This document shows, piece by piece, positions 43,860-56,971 of a stretch of DNA of 64,000 nucleotides. This DNA comes from Eledone cirrhosa (lineage: Eukaryota). The stretch is from contig OZ024740.1 of the NCBI GenBank assembly GCA_964016885.1, positions 313,844,001-313,908,000 on the forward strand. Direction: 5' to 3'. The notes below the pieces were generated by a model. The model was not told the origin of the DNA. It worked only from the letters and a program-made list of their open reading frames with translations, and searched no databases. The position numbers and the translations under genes are program-made. Positions within the stretch are counted from its first letter, which is position 1, and every line of letters begins with the position of its first letter.

Positions 43860-44006
43860 TTATTTCTGAAGACGGCGTATATATGAGTTAGGTATGTATA
43901 TTTAATCTTGATAATTTGTATAATTTTGTATAATTTTGTACATAGATCTGTTAAATATGCATACCAATTATAACACATATATGCCCTAGAAACGATCGTT
44001 AAATAG
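43860..44006 (+). ncRNA. Hammerhead ribozyme at PLE 3' end with ~100-nt loop II; mirror 34367-34513 on minus
   Basis: ttattt-CTGAAGA-ggcgtatat...atatatgcc-GAAA-cgatcg-TT-aaatag. Confidence 0.7.
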
Positions 44007-44055
44007 TGAACTTTTTTTGTTTAATATAAGGAATTGTTTGTTCATTATTTGTTTA

Positions 44056-44103
<48 letters not shown>

Positions 44104-44211
44104 CGTATATATATACATACATATATATATATACGTATATATATACTTACACATGTATACATATGTAGTGTTTAGTAACTTGCCGTAATAATCTTAGGCT
44201 TTTAATTTGAA

Positions 44212-44639
44212 CTAGACCACCCGTGACCCGTTGGGTCACGTTCACTTCAAAATATTTTTTTAAATCATGTTCACTTAAAGATAATTTTTAAATAATTAAA
44301 ATATACACAGACATGTATATAACGTGAAATGAAACTGGAAGGCCCATATATATACATGTGTGTATGTATATATATATATGTATGTGTGTGTATATATATA
44401 TGTGTGGGTGTCTGTGATCTATATACACTGGTCATAGACACACACACACACATATACACACACTCATACACACATACATACACACATACACATATATATA
44501 TAAATCTATATACACACACAACAACACCACTAGCTCTCTCTCTCTCTCTCTTCCATTGTACTTATCTGTCTCCTCTCCCTCTCTCTATATCTCTCTTTCA
44601 ATCTACTCTCTCACAACCACTATCTCTTTTTCTCTACCT

Positions 44640-44701
<62 letters not shown>

Positions 44702-44913
44702 TTCTCTCTCTCTCTATCCTTCTCTCTCTCTCTGTTTATGAAGGTACTCGGAAAAACCCCATATCTCGTGAACCCGTGCTCCGATTTATTCCATGTGTAT
44801 CCCCATTTCAGGGTCAACTTCCTTTTAAAGTATTTTCCTATTATGCGCTCTTTTGGCTGTATTACATTACAGACAAGGAAGTAAGCAATCGCAGAGTTTT
44901 AATAATATATAGA
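44212..44913 (-). mobile_element. Non-autonomous Helitron
   Basis: On minus: A|TCtatatattattaaa...hairpin cgtgacccaacgggtcacg-ggtggt-CTAG|T. Confidence 0.7.
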
Positions 44914-46177
44914 TTAATAGCTAAGTGCCATTCTTTTTCCTTGAACGTCAATGGCGATTTGTTTTGAACAAGATTCTTTTAAACTAATGAAAAATATTCT
45001 TGTCTAATCTAATTGTTGTTCCTATTCTGTAGCCTGAGGTCAATTCTGACCGAACAGGTCTCTATGATCAAAGATATTTCAGTTGTGTACAACCCGGCTT
45101 ATTCCTACAATAACATTATCGTGTACGTTTCTAAGACTGTACACTTTGAAGAAGATTTGGCTGCTATTTTTAGAAGTTGGATTGACCACATAGGGGTTCG
45201 TTTCTTATATGTAGTTTGTATTGTTAGTTTCTTACTAAAGCTGATTCTACTCTAATGTGTTTAGCCTCCACTGTTTAACTGGCTCGCTAATCCAGTCATT
45301 CCAAATCATTAGTTTGGCGCCCCTATCACCGAAAGGCATTTCACAAACGCCCCCTCTTCAATGTTTGCAAAGAAAAAACAAAAAACAATAGACTATTTTA
45401 TTCAGTACAAGCTAATTTTACGCAGTGGTTCATTATTCATATTTTCTTATCTCATCCAGCATGTGATACTTATTGTAGAAATTCCTAAAGAAGGCGAGGA
45501 GATATATAATTTCATTATATTTAGATTTATATTACTAGTGCACGTTCATATAAAATTATATTCGACAAAAACAATATTTAATAATTGAAAAAATAACTAA
45601 TGAGTGTTTGTGCTTAATGAGGTTTTGTTAATTTAGAATATCAGTTTCAATATTTGACAAAAAGAGCTTCCCCTTTTATATATTGTTTATCTACTTTACT
45701 GTTTAATTAACAGATGTGCAACTATGATGGAACCTTTCCGGACCAGGTATAAAGAATGAAATGCTAACAGCAGCATCTTTGCTTCCATCCAAGGACGAAA
45801 ATATTTATGTAGTTGCTTCAACAATCATTCCTCATTACCATTTTCTCAAAATGGCACCTGAGTCATTTTGCAAGTCAATTATTTCTTCAGACAAATCTAG
45901 TTTAATGCTGTTTGCATCGAACTGAAATGGATTTACAGCTTACACTGCCATTTGTAGCACGTCTAGATTATTAAAGCTAGTTTATTTATTTATTTATTTA
46001 ATGCAAGATGAAGATATTAATACACTAGATCAATATTGGTGTATGTTAAGTATAAATGGTAAGTATATATTTCCACAAATATTTGTCGACTGGGAAAGTG
46101 TTGGAAGTGTTATTTTGGTAATAAATGTAAATAGTATTATTTTCCCCTTCTTGTTTTTTTGCAATTAGTGTTCGAAT

Positions 46178-46803
46178 AGGCTATTTTGCCGGTCCCGGTA
46201 AAATAGACAAACATGCTTTTTAAGCTTATTTTACCGGTAAATATTAATAAGGTTAGTGTTGGGTTTGGGTTAGAGTTAGGTTTAGGGTTTAATTTGTCTT
46301 AATAATTGGTGGGGAAAATAAATCAACTTCTGTGTTAAATATGTGTTGCTATTTTTAACATTACCTGCCTTCATAATTGTTTCTACTTTAGGCACAAGGC
46401 CAGCAATTACCCAGTGCATTACTGGTACCTTATTTTATCGACCCCGTAAGGATGAAAGGCAAAGTCAACCTCGGCGGGATTTGAACTCAGATCGTAAAGG
46501 GACGTAACTATGCTGGAAAGCATGGCGTCCGACCCTCTACCGATACTGCCAATGCACCGGTTTCTACTATAGGCACAAGGCCAACAATTTTGGGAGAGGG
46601 GAAGTCAGTTAAATCGACCTCAGTGTATTACTGGTACTTTATTTTATCGACCCCGTAAGGATGAAAGGCGAGATGAAAACCTCGGCGAGATTTGAACTCA
46701 GACAGTAAAAAGCTGCAACTCTATGCTGCAAAACATGTTTTCTGACACTCTTACAGTCAAAATAGTCTGGGGGTCTATTTTACCGGGACCGGCAAAATAG
46801 CCT
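46178..46803. mobile_element. Non-autonomous TIR element containing two SINEs (46375-46558, 46559-46755, both minus)
   Basis: 31-bp perfect TIR aggctattttgccggtcccggtaaaatagac; internal degenerate (GGGTTA)-like tract at 46251-46290. Confidence 0.7.
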
Positions 46804-46879
46804 CTCCCTTTAATATTAATATAATTAAATTTGTTAAAAGAATCGGAAAGTAATATCTACTTTGGTTTACAAGCTCCTT

Positions 46880-47085
46880 ACATATTGTTTGTGAGGGCTA
46901 ACTGTTGTCTATGAGGAGAGAATGGAATAGACACAAGAAAGGAAGAAAGTAAGGTACCAGGAGCTGGTTGTGTACTGGCGCAGGAAACAGATGCCGTGAG
47001 GGGAAGGTATATGACTGTAAGAGGTGCAGTCGAATGTTCAGAGGTTCTTCCCTTAGTAAGGCATATGGAAAGTTCAGCATCTAGA
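46880..47085 (+). pseudogene. Decayed restriction-like endonuclease fragment of a HERO/R2-group LINE
   Basis: Manual translation LTVVYEERME*TQERKKVRYQELV...FRGSSLSKAYGK. Confidence 0.55.
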
Positions 47086-47616
47086 TGGCGCTAATTGTAT
47101 AGGAGTGATTCATTCGGTCAGTTAAATGTCACTCAAACATAGGATAAAGACTAGATAAACTTAGTTAGGTGACTTGATTGAATATGTATGAATGTAATTG
47201 GCTTAGGAGGCACTAATAAAACGTACATTTTGATATGTAGTCGTTCCATATGCAAATGACTATAGTAATAATGCATCACTATAAATAGTAGTTGAAAAAT
47301 CGAGTAAAATAAACCTAGAAACGGAAAATGTGTACCTAGGCACTTGCGAAGAATCGAACCAGGCATCTCTTAGATTCCGGATGAGTGCGTTAGGCATTAC
47401 GCTAAGAGGTACCTGACCCCTGACATACGGTTGACTTGAGGGGTACTAAGAATATTTGAAATTTGTAATGTAGTCGTCCCAAATGTTAATGACTATATTA
47501 ATAGTTGACCAATATATATATATATATATTTGAAGAATCGGGTAAAATACACCTGGAGTCGAAAAAACATTGACAAAGGCGACTGGTAATATTATTAGTT
47601 TTATTATTAGTATTAA

Positions 47617-48055
47617 GGCGGTGGATTGGCAGAATGGGTAGAGCGTCAGTCATTTGTTTTGTGGCATAGAGTTACGGCCCTTTACCTTCTGTGTTCAAAT
47701 CCCGCCGAGGTTAGCTTTGCCTTTCATCCTTATGAGGTCAATAGAATGAAATACCAGTAATGCACTGGTGTCGATTTAATCGACTTTCCCCTCCTTTAAA
47801 ATTGTTGGCCTTGTGCCTAAATCAGAAACCAATATTAGTATTAGGGCGATGGATAGGCAGAGTGTCGGACAATATGCTTCCGGGATAGAGTTACGTCCCT
47901 TAGCGCTCCGAATTCAATACCTGCCGAAGTTATCTTTGCCTTTTATCCTTACAGGGTCGATAAACTAAAGTAGCTAAAGCAATGCACTAGGATTAACTTA
48001 ATCGACTTTTCACTCCAGAAATTGTTGGCCTTGTGCCTAAATCAAAAACCAAATT
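47617..48055 (+). mobile_element. Two head-to-tail tRNA-derived SINEs
   Basis: Main family consensus at 47617-47840 and 47845-48055. Confidence 0.8.
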
Positions 48056-48550
48056 AGTTTTATCATTATAATGTTGGTGTTGCAGTTGTTGGAGAAATTG
48101 TTACTACTAATTCTGAAATTGTTTCCAATACCCAAGAGATTTCTATATTTTTTCGCTCCTCCGAAAGATGTGCTTAGTTTCCTCTATTATAGAAATCATA
48201 TTTTTACCGCTACTATTGTAAATATCTTGAAATAATAAAGAATAAAGTCACCCTTCTAAATAGGGATGTATATATATATGTATATATGTATATATATATA
48301 TATATATACACAAATATTCCAATACGGCAAGGCCTAATGGATTCCCCTTGCAGTACGTATAATCTGGACACTCACACACACCTTGGTATTATGCCAATAC
48401 TATATATCATTTCACCCCTTTTATTATTAAGGTTTTTGATGTTCTATTGAGAGAATCGTTTTTACTGAAAATATCGAATAATGTACACCATTTTTACCAG
48501 TATCACAAAAATACTGCTCCACCCACACACACACACACATTCTTACACAT

Positions 48551-48601
<51 letters not shown>

Positions 48602-48763
48602 TACACACGCATACATTAACATACAAATAGATATATACACACACACACACACACTTCTCCGTATAAGACAAGAGCTGAAAAATATCTTTTAACATGTTAA
48701 AATATCCCCCACACACGTACAGACACATTCCTACTGACCATCCCTCTACCACGAATTACTCTG

Positions 48764-48828
<65 letters not shown>

Positions 48829-49455
48829 TCTTAATAGGCATTTGAACTGTCAGCAGGCTGCGGTTCGCACACGCATCCCTGCTGACCATTATCACAACAA
48901 CGAACCTCTTTACTACTACTACTACTACTACACACACACATATTTGTCTTGAAAGACTTATTTTTCAGTGACTTCTCAATCAGCCGAGACAAACCTACAT
49001 TTGGCGCAAAATCAATTTTTAACATTCACATGACCTCTACCGACCAATCAAAATTGTTTTGACCACAAGAATTTTTTCATACATCTGGAGCTACTTTTTT
49101 TTACATAAAACAGGTAGAATTTCCAAAATTAATCAGATTAGAGCAAACATCACGGGCGCTCCATCTCAAAATTATTTTTGAAAAGCATTAGAAATGCGCA
49201 ATCGGTAAAACTTAAAACCAAAACTGAATACTAACCAATAATATTACTAATTTTTACTTATTCCTAATTAAACTATTTTTCACTGGGAACAATTTGTCAG
49301 CATTTTATTTTCCATTTACCAATATATCATAACTCGTGTGTTACACCTCTATTCTTTAAAAAAAAAATATATATATATATGGTGGGTATGTATATTTGTC
49401 TGAGTGTCTGACTTTGTATGTGTGTCTGTGTGTATGTACATCATATTTATGTATG

Positions 49456-49573
<118 letters not shown>

Positions 49574-49887
49574 CAGGGTGTCTCAAAAAATGTATACACA
49601 CTTCATTCAACAGCATTCTAATAAAAGTGTGAGTATATTTTTGGGCGACACATATATGAATTAAATTCCCCACTCTTCCTTGATACTGTAATAATAGGAC
49701 ACAACAAATATAATTTACGTAAGTGAAACCAAATATTATAAAAGGTCAACTACGTGATGTCTCAACATACAACTTGCCGCAGTAAAATCCAACAGCAACA
49801 ATAACAATAAAAATAACGCCACTCTAGATAATCTTTGTTGCACAATATTTTCAAAAATAACATCAACGAATTTCTTCATCAAATATA

Positions 49888-50068
49888 ATTGTTTCTATTT
49901 TAGGCACAAGGCCAGCAATAACCCAGTGCATTACTGGTACTTTATTTTATCGACCCCGTAAGGATGAAAGGCAAAGTCAACATTGGCGGGATTTGAACTC
50001 AGATCGTAAAGGGACGTAACTATGCTGGAAAGCATGGCGTCCGACCCTCTACCGATACTGCCAATCCA
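49888..50068 (-). mobile_element. tRNA-derived SINE (short form)
   Basis: Nearly identical to 46375-46558 and 61087-61276. Confidence 0.8.
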
Positions 50069-50431
50069 AATATAATGGATCTTCATCAGATTCAGCGTTG
50101 AATGTTTCAATTGCTCTATTAACATAACTGTCTCCTCGTTGATATAACCTATGTAGCCCAGTATTCCACAAATGTGTGTACTTTAACCTAATTCTAAGAG
50201 AAGATCAGTATGTTGCATTATGAGACAAGACTGGCCAATTGAGCTTCAGGCACAAAACAGGCCACAAGCTTCCAACAGTAGTTGTCTACTGAATTACACC
50301 CCCAAAACCCTTATCGACCTGAGGCTATGATAAATGTCACTTGTTCTAGACGTAACACAGTGAGATTAAACCCAGGACCTTATGATTGCGAAGAGGACTC
50401 CTTAACAGAAATGCCTACGTTCGATCACATA

Positions 50432-50620
50432 CGAGGGTCGACTGAAAAGTTCATAACCTGATCAAGATACTCTTATGGACCGACCAAATGAGTTTCATTT
50501 CTCAACATAGTCCCTGGAAGGAAACAATGCAACGAAGAGTTGAAATTAATGCATGCAACAATTCACAGCTCTAGCATCACTACTTCATAGTCAGCCTATG
50601 AACTTTTCAATCGACCCTTG
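50432..50620. mobile_element. mariner-type MITE
   Basis: TA|cgagggtcgactgaaaagttcata...tatgaacttttcaatcgacccttg|TA. Confidence 0.75.
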
Positions 50621-51097
50621 TATATTGTATGAGATATTTATTAATTCTAACATATATAATTCCCTTTGTGTGCTGATTCGTCGGTCTGATATCACGTTTA
50701 ATAACATATCGAAGGAAAGGGAGAGAGAATAAAAGAGATAAAAAGAGAGAATTAACGTATAGATTGAACGAGGAGTATACAGTGAGTGACGTAACAGTCA
50801 AAATGTAAAAGACATAGATATGCAAACGAACGATACAGTGACGAGTGTGTACGCACGCCACACACAATCGCACCCACAAAACGTACGTACATAGAAATGA
50901 CTGTCTTCTGCTGAGACAGCAGCGAATGCTTATAAAATTTCCACAATACGATTTCTTTTACTATTCTTTAATTTTCTTGAATGTTATATACATATATGAA
51001 TATATATTCCTTTTCTCAATTTCTTCGCTTTATTTCTTAAATCCCAGCTTTTTTAAAGATATATATTTATATATATATTTATATATATATGTAAGTA

Positions 51098-51399
51098 TGT
51101 ACGCCTGGCCGAACTCACTCGATATGCAAATTAGGCTGCTCAGCCGTTAATTTTCATAAGGAAAGTATATACTTCCGAACGTTCAACCATCTGGCAGAAG
51201 GGTATACGGTGCTGATGATAGCTAACAAGCTTGAAACTAGTACATTGTTCCTGTGTCAGTGTTGAACAAAAAGGTGACGTGGTTGCCTTAACACCGTGCG
51301 GCATAAATTCAGGCTGTTCAGTTTGTTTACAAACGAACAAAGCGGGCGTTATAATAAGCGTCCGCTAAACTGATACGTACATATATGTATGTGTACCTG

Positions 51400-51451
<52 letters not shown>

Positions 51452-51879
51452 TGCTACTGTACGTCTGTATACATATATGTATGTACGTATACATACATAC
51501 TTACACATTTAAGTAAGTGCCGTACTAAGAGTGAGAAATGAAGTTTCGTTTTCATTTTATTACAACTTATCGTTCTCGGTACGCCTGGCCGAACTCACTC
51601 GATATGCAAATTAGGCTGCTCAGCCGTTAATTTTCATAAGGAAAGTATATACTTTCGAACGTTCAACCATCTGGCAGAAGGGTAAACGGTGCTGATGATA
51701 GCTAACAAGCTTGAAACTAGTACATTGTTCCTGTATCAGTGTTGAACAAAAAGGTGACGTGGTTGCCTTAACACCGTACGGCATAAATTCAGGCTGTTCA
51801 GTTTGTTTACAAACGAACAAAGCGGGCGTTATAATAAGCGTCCGCTAAACAGATACGTACATATATGTATGTGTACCTG

Positions 51880-51941
<62 letters not shown>

Positions 51942-52052
51942 TGCTACTGTACGTCTGTATACATATATGTATGTACGTATACATACATACTTACATTTAA
52001 GTAAGTGCCGTACTAAGAGTGAGAAATGAAATTTCGTTTTCATTTTATTACA

Positions 52053-52056
<4 letters not shown>
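51098..52056 (+). mobile_element. Family F tandem dimer (480-bp period) with two hammerheads
   Basis: Hammerheads at 51207-51247 and 51687-51727 (CTGATGA...GAAA-ctag-TA); bordered by (TA)n. Confidence 0.8.
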
Positions 52057-52105
<49 letters not shown>

Positions 52106-52278
52106 CATCATCGGAGAAAGAATTTTTGCGATACTCCGGCCAAATTCAAACTGACTCAACAAACATTAGGAAATACCTGAGTATATTCCTAATTAACGTT
52201 CGGGGTGGTAACTAAATGTTTTGTGTGGAAAATTGGCTGTATTATTTCAAAAGAGACATATCGAATATATCTCTCTCC

Positions 52279-52345
<67 letters not shown>

Positions 52346-52374
52346 GCATATATATGTGTAGGTATGTATATTAC

Positions 52375-52516
52375 CTCTGATAGTTTGTAAAAATTTTACA
52401 TAGATCTATATGATATACATACCAACACACACATATATATCCTAGAAACGATCGTAAAATTATGAATTTTTTAATATAAGGAACTGTCTCTTTGTTTTTA
52501 TTCATTATTTTTATTA

Positions 52517-52520
<4 letters not shown>
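52375..52520 (+). repeat. Solo fragment related to the 3' terminus of the large PLE
   Basis: acatagatct...cctagaaacgatcgt...taatataaggaa...ttcattattt resembles 43935-44060. Confidence 0.6.
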
Positions 52521-52583
<63 letters not shown>

Positions 52584-52600
52584 CATACATACACATATTT

Positions 52601-53805
52601 ATATATGCACGTATCGGTTCACCGAACATCTATTATAATGTAGTAAACAAACAAACAGCCCGAAATACGCCGCACAGCGCCTAGGCAACCACGTCACCCC
52701 TTGTTCAACACCGACACAGGAACGATGCACCAGACTCAAGCTCATCAGTCATCGTCACCATCGCACACCCTCCTGCCAGATGGTTGAACGTCTGAAAGCA
52801 TATACTTTCCCTATGCATATCAACGGCCGAGCAGCTTAATTTGCACACCGAGCGAGCCCAGTCGGCCGGGCACACCGAAAACGACAAATGGAATAGAATG
52901 AAACGAAATCTCATCTCTCACTCCAAGTACGGCACTCACCTAAATGTAAGTAAGTATGTATGTATGTATACGTACATACATATATGTATACAGACGCACA
53001 CTACGATCTGAGTTCAAATCCCGCCGAGGTTGACTTTGCCTTTCATCCTTACGGGGTCGATAAAATAAAGTACCAGTAATGTACTGGGTAATTGCTGGCC
53101 TTGTGCCTAAAGTAGAAACAAGTATGTATATATATACATACATGCACACATATATATATGTACGTATGGATTTACCGAACATTTATCATAATTGTTTCTA
53201 CTTTTGGCACAAGGCCAGCAATTATTCCAGTGTATTACTGGTACTTTATTTTATCGACCCGTTAAGGATGAAAGGCAAAGTTAACCTCGGCGGGTCTTGA
53301 ACTCAGTCCGTAAAGGGACGTAACTGTGCTGCAAAGCATGGCGTCCGACCCTCTACTGATACTGCCAATCCACCGCCCAATGCTCGGTTTGTTTGTTTGG
53401 AAATCTCATCTCTCACTCCTAGCACGGCACTCACCTATGCATAGGGAAAGTATATACTTTCAGACGTTCAAGCATCTGGCAGGAGGGTGTGCGATGCTGA
53501 CGATGGCTGATGAGCTTGAGGCTGGTGCATCGTTCCTGTGTCGGTGTTGAACAAGGGGGTGACGTGGTTGCCTAGGTGCTGTGCGGCGTATTTCGGGCTG
53601 TTTGTTTGTTTACAAACAAACAAACCGAGCATTATAATAGATGTTCGGTGAACCGATACGTGCATATATATATATATGTGCATGTATGTATATATATATA
53701 CATACTACTGTGCGTCTGTATACATATATGTATGTACGTATACATACATACTTACATTTAGGTGAGGGCCGTGCTAGGAGTGAGAGATGAGATTTCGTTT
53801 CATTC

Positions 53806-53806
<1 letters not shown>
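52601..53806. mobile_element. Family F fold-back with A->G hypermutation, interrupted by two SINEs (53003-53120 +, 53190-53378 -)
   Basis: Minus arm ~52601-53400, plus arm 53436-53806; hammerhead GAAAC changed to GAGGC (plus arm) and GAGTC (minus arm). Confidence 0.85.
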
Positions 53807-53850
<44 letters not shown>

Positions 53851-54852
53851 TTAATTTTATTAGTCGGTCGATCAACACAGGTCTTTTTCTGAAGAATAAT
53901 GTACTGCCATGCAATGAAGTCAAATCTTACGGATACTTACATATTCGTGTGCATAACTTATTTTAGTACGCAACAAATGTATTTTTATTCGTTTCTAAAT
54001 TCAAAATACCTGCCAAACTTCAATATTAAAAATTACCACCATACCTAAACTATTTCCCATAGTAGCCCTCATACGGAAACAAAATTTGTAAGTAAACTGA
54101 CTAGTTTTTATCTCACGACCACAACTATATTGTCGTTTATTTCAAATTTAAAATTTAAAATTCTACTCTTCCGCTATTATTCTTCCTCTCTCACGCAAGA
54201 TTGTGAAAAAATACTGACTAGTTTCAAAAGAAATCGAATGATGTAATTTGTTTTACACTTCATTGAAAATGAAATAAAAATTTCAGAATTTACACCTGCA
54301 GTTAAAACATGTATGATTTTTAATAGGTTTACTTTTCTCAGTCTGTTTACATTTGCTTTACTGAAATAATTTGAAAGAAAAATAGAAAATGGCGAGTATA
54401 ATGAGAGAGAAGATGGATTGAAATGAAAATAGATACCCATTACTGTGACGTAGTGGTTATCGGTTTCTTACACTGTCTTCAGCTCTCCTCTCTTCTATGA
54501 CAGGCAATCAGCCCCCTCCCATCAACTACAAACTGTTATTTAGAAAAGAATAATAAAGCACTTGTGATATGTTCTTTTCTGCTTCCATAAATCTTTCTAC
54601 TAAAATAAACTTTAAACAATATATAGTATAGTTTAAGACTTGACTTCATTGCATAGAAGCAATCAGCTCTTTACCAGAAGACTTGTGTATATTTAAAATG
54701 TGTGCGGGCCAACCAAAATGACCGTAGTAGCTGACCGATGTAGCTCACATCGAATATTAGTGGAGAAAATTGGGTCCCTGCTGCAAATATTGAGGAAACA
54801 TTGTGCAAGAAGGAAATCAGTAAAGTTTGAGCTGAATTGATATGATTCCTTG

Positions 54853-55070
54853 TGGAGGCGTGTGGCCTATTGGTAAGAGTGTTCGACTTACGATCATAAT
54901 GTCATGAGTTCGATCCCTGGGCTGGGTTGCGTGTTGTGTGTTTGAGCAAAATGAGTAACTCTGCGATAGACTGGCATCCTGTCCAGAGGGGTGTCTTATA
55001 CTCTCAGTCGCTTCACGCCATCAAACCGGGATAAGGAACCGGCCTAATGAGCCTTCTGGTTTAAGGCAGT
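54853..55070 (+). mobile_element. Third tRNA-derived SINE family
   Basis: Box A tggcctattggtaagag, box B gagttcgatcc, body gcgatagactggcatcctgtccag; similar head at 63928-64000. Confidence 0.6.
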
Positions 55071-55594
55071 CTTTAGTCCCTCGTGATGAGGTCAAACCTA
55101 ATTCCACATATTATACTTCTTCGTGTCAACTCTGGCCTTCGCTATGACATATATACAGTAATTATATTCTTCTTGTCTTCACAAGAGATAATTATAATTG
55201 CTTTTATGAATGTATGTCTTTGTTGTTATAATTGTTGAATGTGTTACTAAAACACATTGCATTACTTGTAAACTGCTGAAGTTGCACAATAAGTGAAGAG
55301 AGCAATATATGACAATTGCTTTAGAGTATATTTTAATGAAGCTGTTGACACCGCCATTTTCATGTTTCACATAGGCATTCCCTGAAACAGTTTGCTTCAA
55401 GAATAAGACATCCAAATTATGAACAACATTCTGGAACCACAAAGGTGCCATCTGTGTCATATTTTGCATAATTTCCCCTTGGGTTCTAGTAATTAATATT
55501 AAACAACTAAATCCAATTAAATTCTCAAATATTTAGTTTCGCCCTCATCTGTTTTATTTCTCCTTATCTTCCTGCCAAACTCTCACTTATGTAA

Positions 55595-55644
<50 letters not shown>

Positions 55645-55777
55645 GTAGTAATAATAATAAATGTGAAAACTATCTTTGCTTAAACTTTAATCTGTTATTT
55701 TAATAAATATATATATATATATACATACACACACACACATATATATACACATATATATAAATATCTATGTATGTATC

Positions 55778-55861
<84 letters not shown>

Positions 55862-56129
55862 CATGCAATTGTGTTTATGTGTATGCATATATGTATGTAT
55901 TTGTGTTTATGTGTATGAATGTATGCATGGCTATGGCTACGTGTGTGAAAGGCGTCACCACTGCTTAATTTCATATAAATTTATCAAAATGTCATTTCGT
56001 GAGGGAATCTTCTTAAAGTTTCGGTTTGATGAGACGGAGAACAACGGAAAACAACAGTCTTGAGAATGTCCCCTGGCTCTTGTCTGTAGCTCACTGCTTT
56101 CTAGATACAATATCATAAATTAATTTAAT

Positions 56130-56650
56130 TTCATTATCACTACCACCATCGTCATCATCATCATCATCATCATCATCATCAACATCGTCGTCGTCGCCGT
56201 CAGTGGCGCTTTTATCGTCGTCGTCATCATCGTCGTCGTCTCGTCGTCGTCGTCGTCGTCGTCAGTGTCTTCTTTATTGTCACCACCACCACCATCATCG
56301 TCGTCGTCGTTGTCAGTAGCGTTTTTATCGTAACCATCATCATCATCATCATCGTCATCTTTATCATCATCATCATCATCGTCATCGTCGTCATCATCAT
56401 CATCATCATCATCATCGTCATCGTCATCTTTATCATCATCATCATCATCATCGTCGTCATCATCATCATCATCATCGTCATCATCATCGCCATCATCGTC
56501 ATCATCGTCGTTTCTGACCATTATCAAATCCACCTCAACTACTAACATCATTATCATCATCAACATGAACCATTCAGAACAGAACCTTACCATTGTCATC
56601 ATCATCAACAGTATAACGACGTCCATGACCACACTCACTATCATTAGCAC
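56130..56650. repeat. (CAT)/(CGT) trinucleotide low-complexity tract
   Basis: Seen directly. Confidence 0.9.
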
Positions 56651-56661
56651 AATAGGTACAA

Positions 56662-56825
56662 TGGGCATTAGAGCGTCGGACATAGAGTAACGGCTCTTTA
56701 CGTTTTGTGTTCAAATCCCGCCGAGGTTAGCTTTGCCTTTCAACATTACGGAGTCGATAAAATAAAGTACCAGTAATGCACTGGGATAATTGATGACCTT
56801 GTGCCAAACGTAGAAACAATTATTA
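56662..56825 (+). mobile_element. tRNA-derived SINE (main family)
   Basis: Family consensus. Confidence 0.75.
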
Positions 56826-56971
56826 TGTTTAGTATAGCTGTGAAGTATTTCTGATTTACAGTTCCTAATATTCGTAATATCATGAGAAATTATTAGATCA
56901 TCAATCATATTTTAAACCATCTTCAATCCTCTACCAGCCATCCTATAACTAATGTATCGTATATTTTGTAA

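Larger units (their letters stand above)
34180..44064 (+). mobile_element. Penelope-like element with inverted 4.15-kb pseudo-LTR
   Basis: 34309-38458 is the reverse complement of 39912-44064; the 1453-bp spacer is 5'-truncated RT; ~130-bp tail 34180-34308; (TA)n on both sides. Confidence 0.9.

Noticed and set aside
47335-47415. tRNA-Pro-like gene on the minus strand
   Set aside because: Poor acceptor stem, with degenerate relatives at ~22610 and ~28510; more likely a SINE head
56120-56683. Poly-Asp ORF with hydrophobic N-terminus, resembling an acidic matrix protein
   Set aside because: Explained by a (CAT)n tract; the start lies inside a SINE
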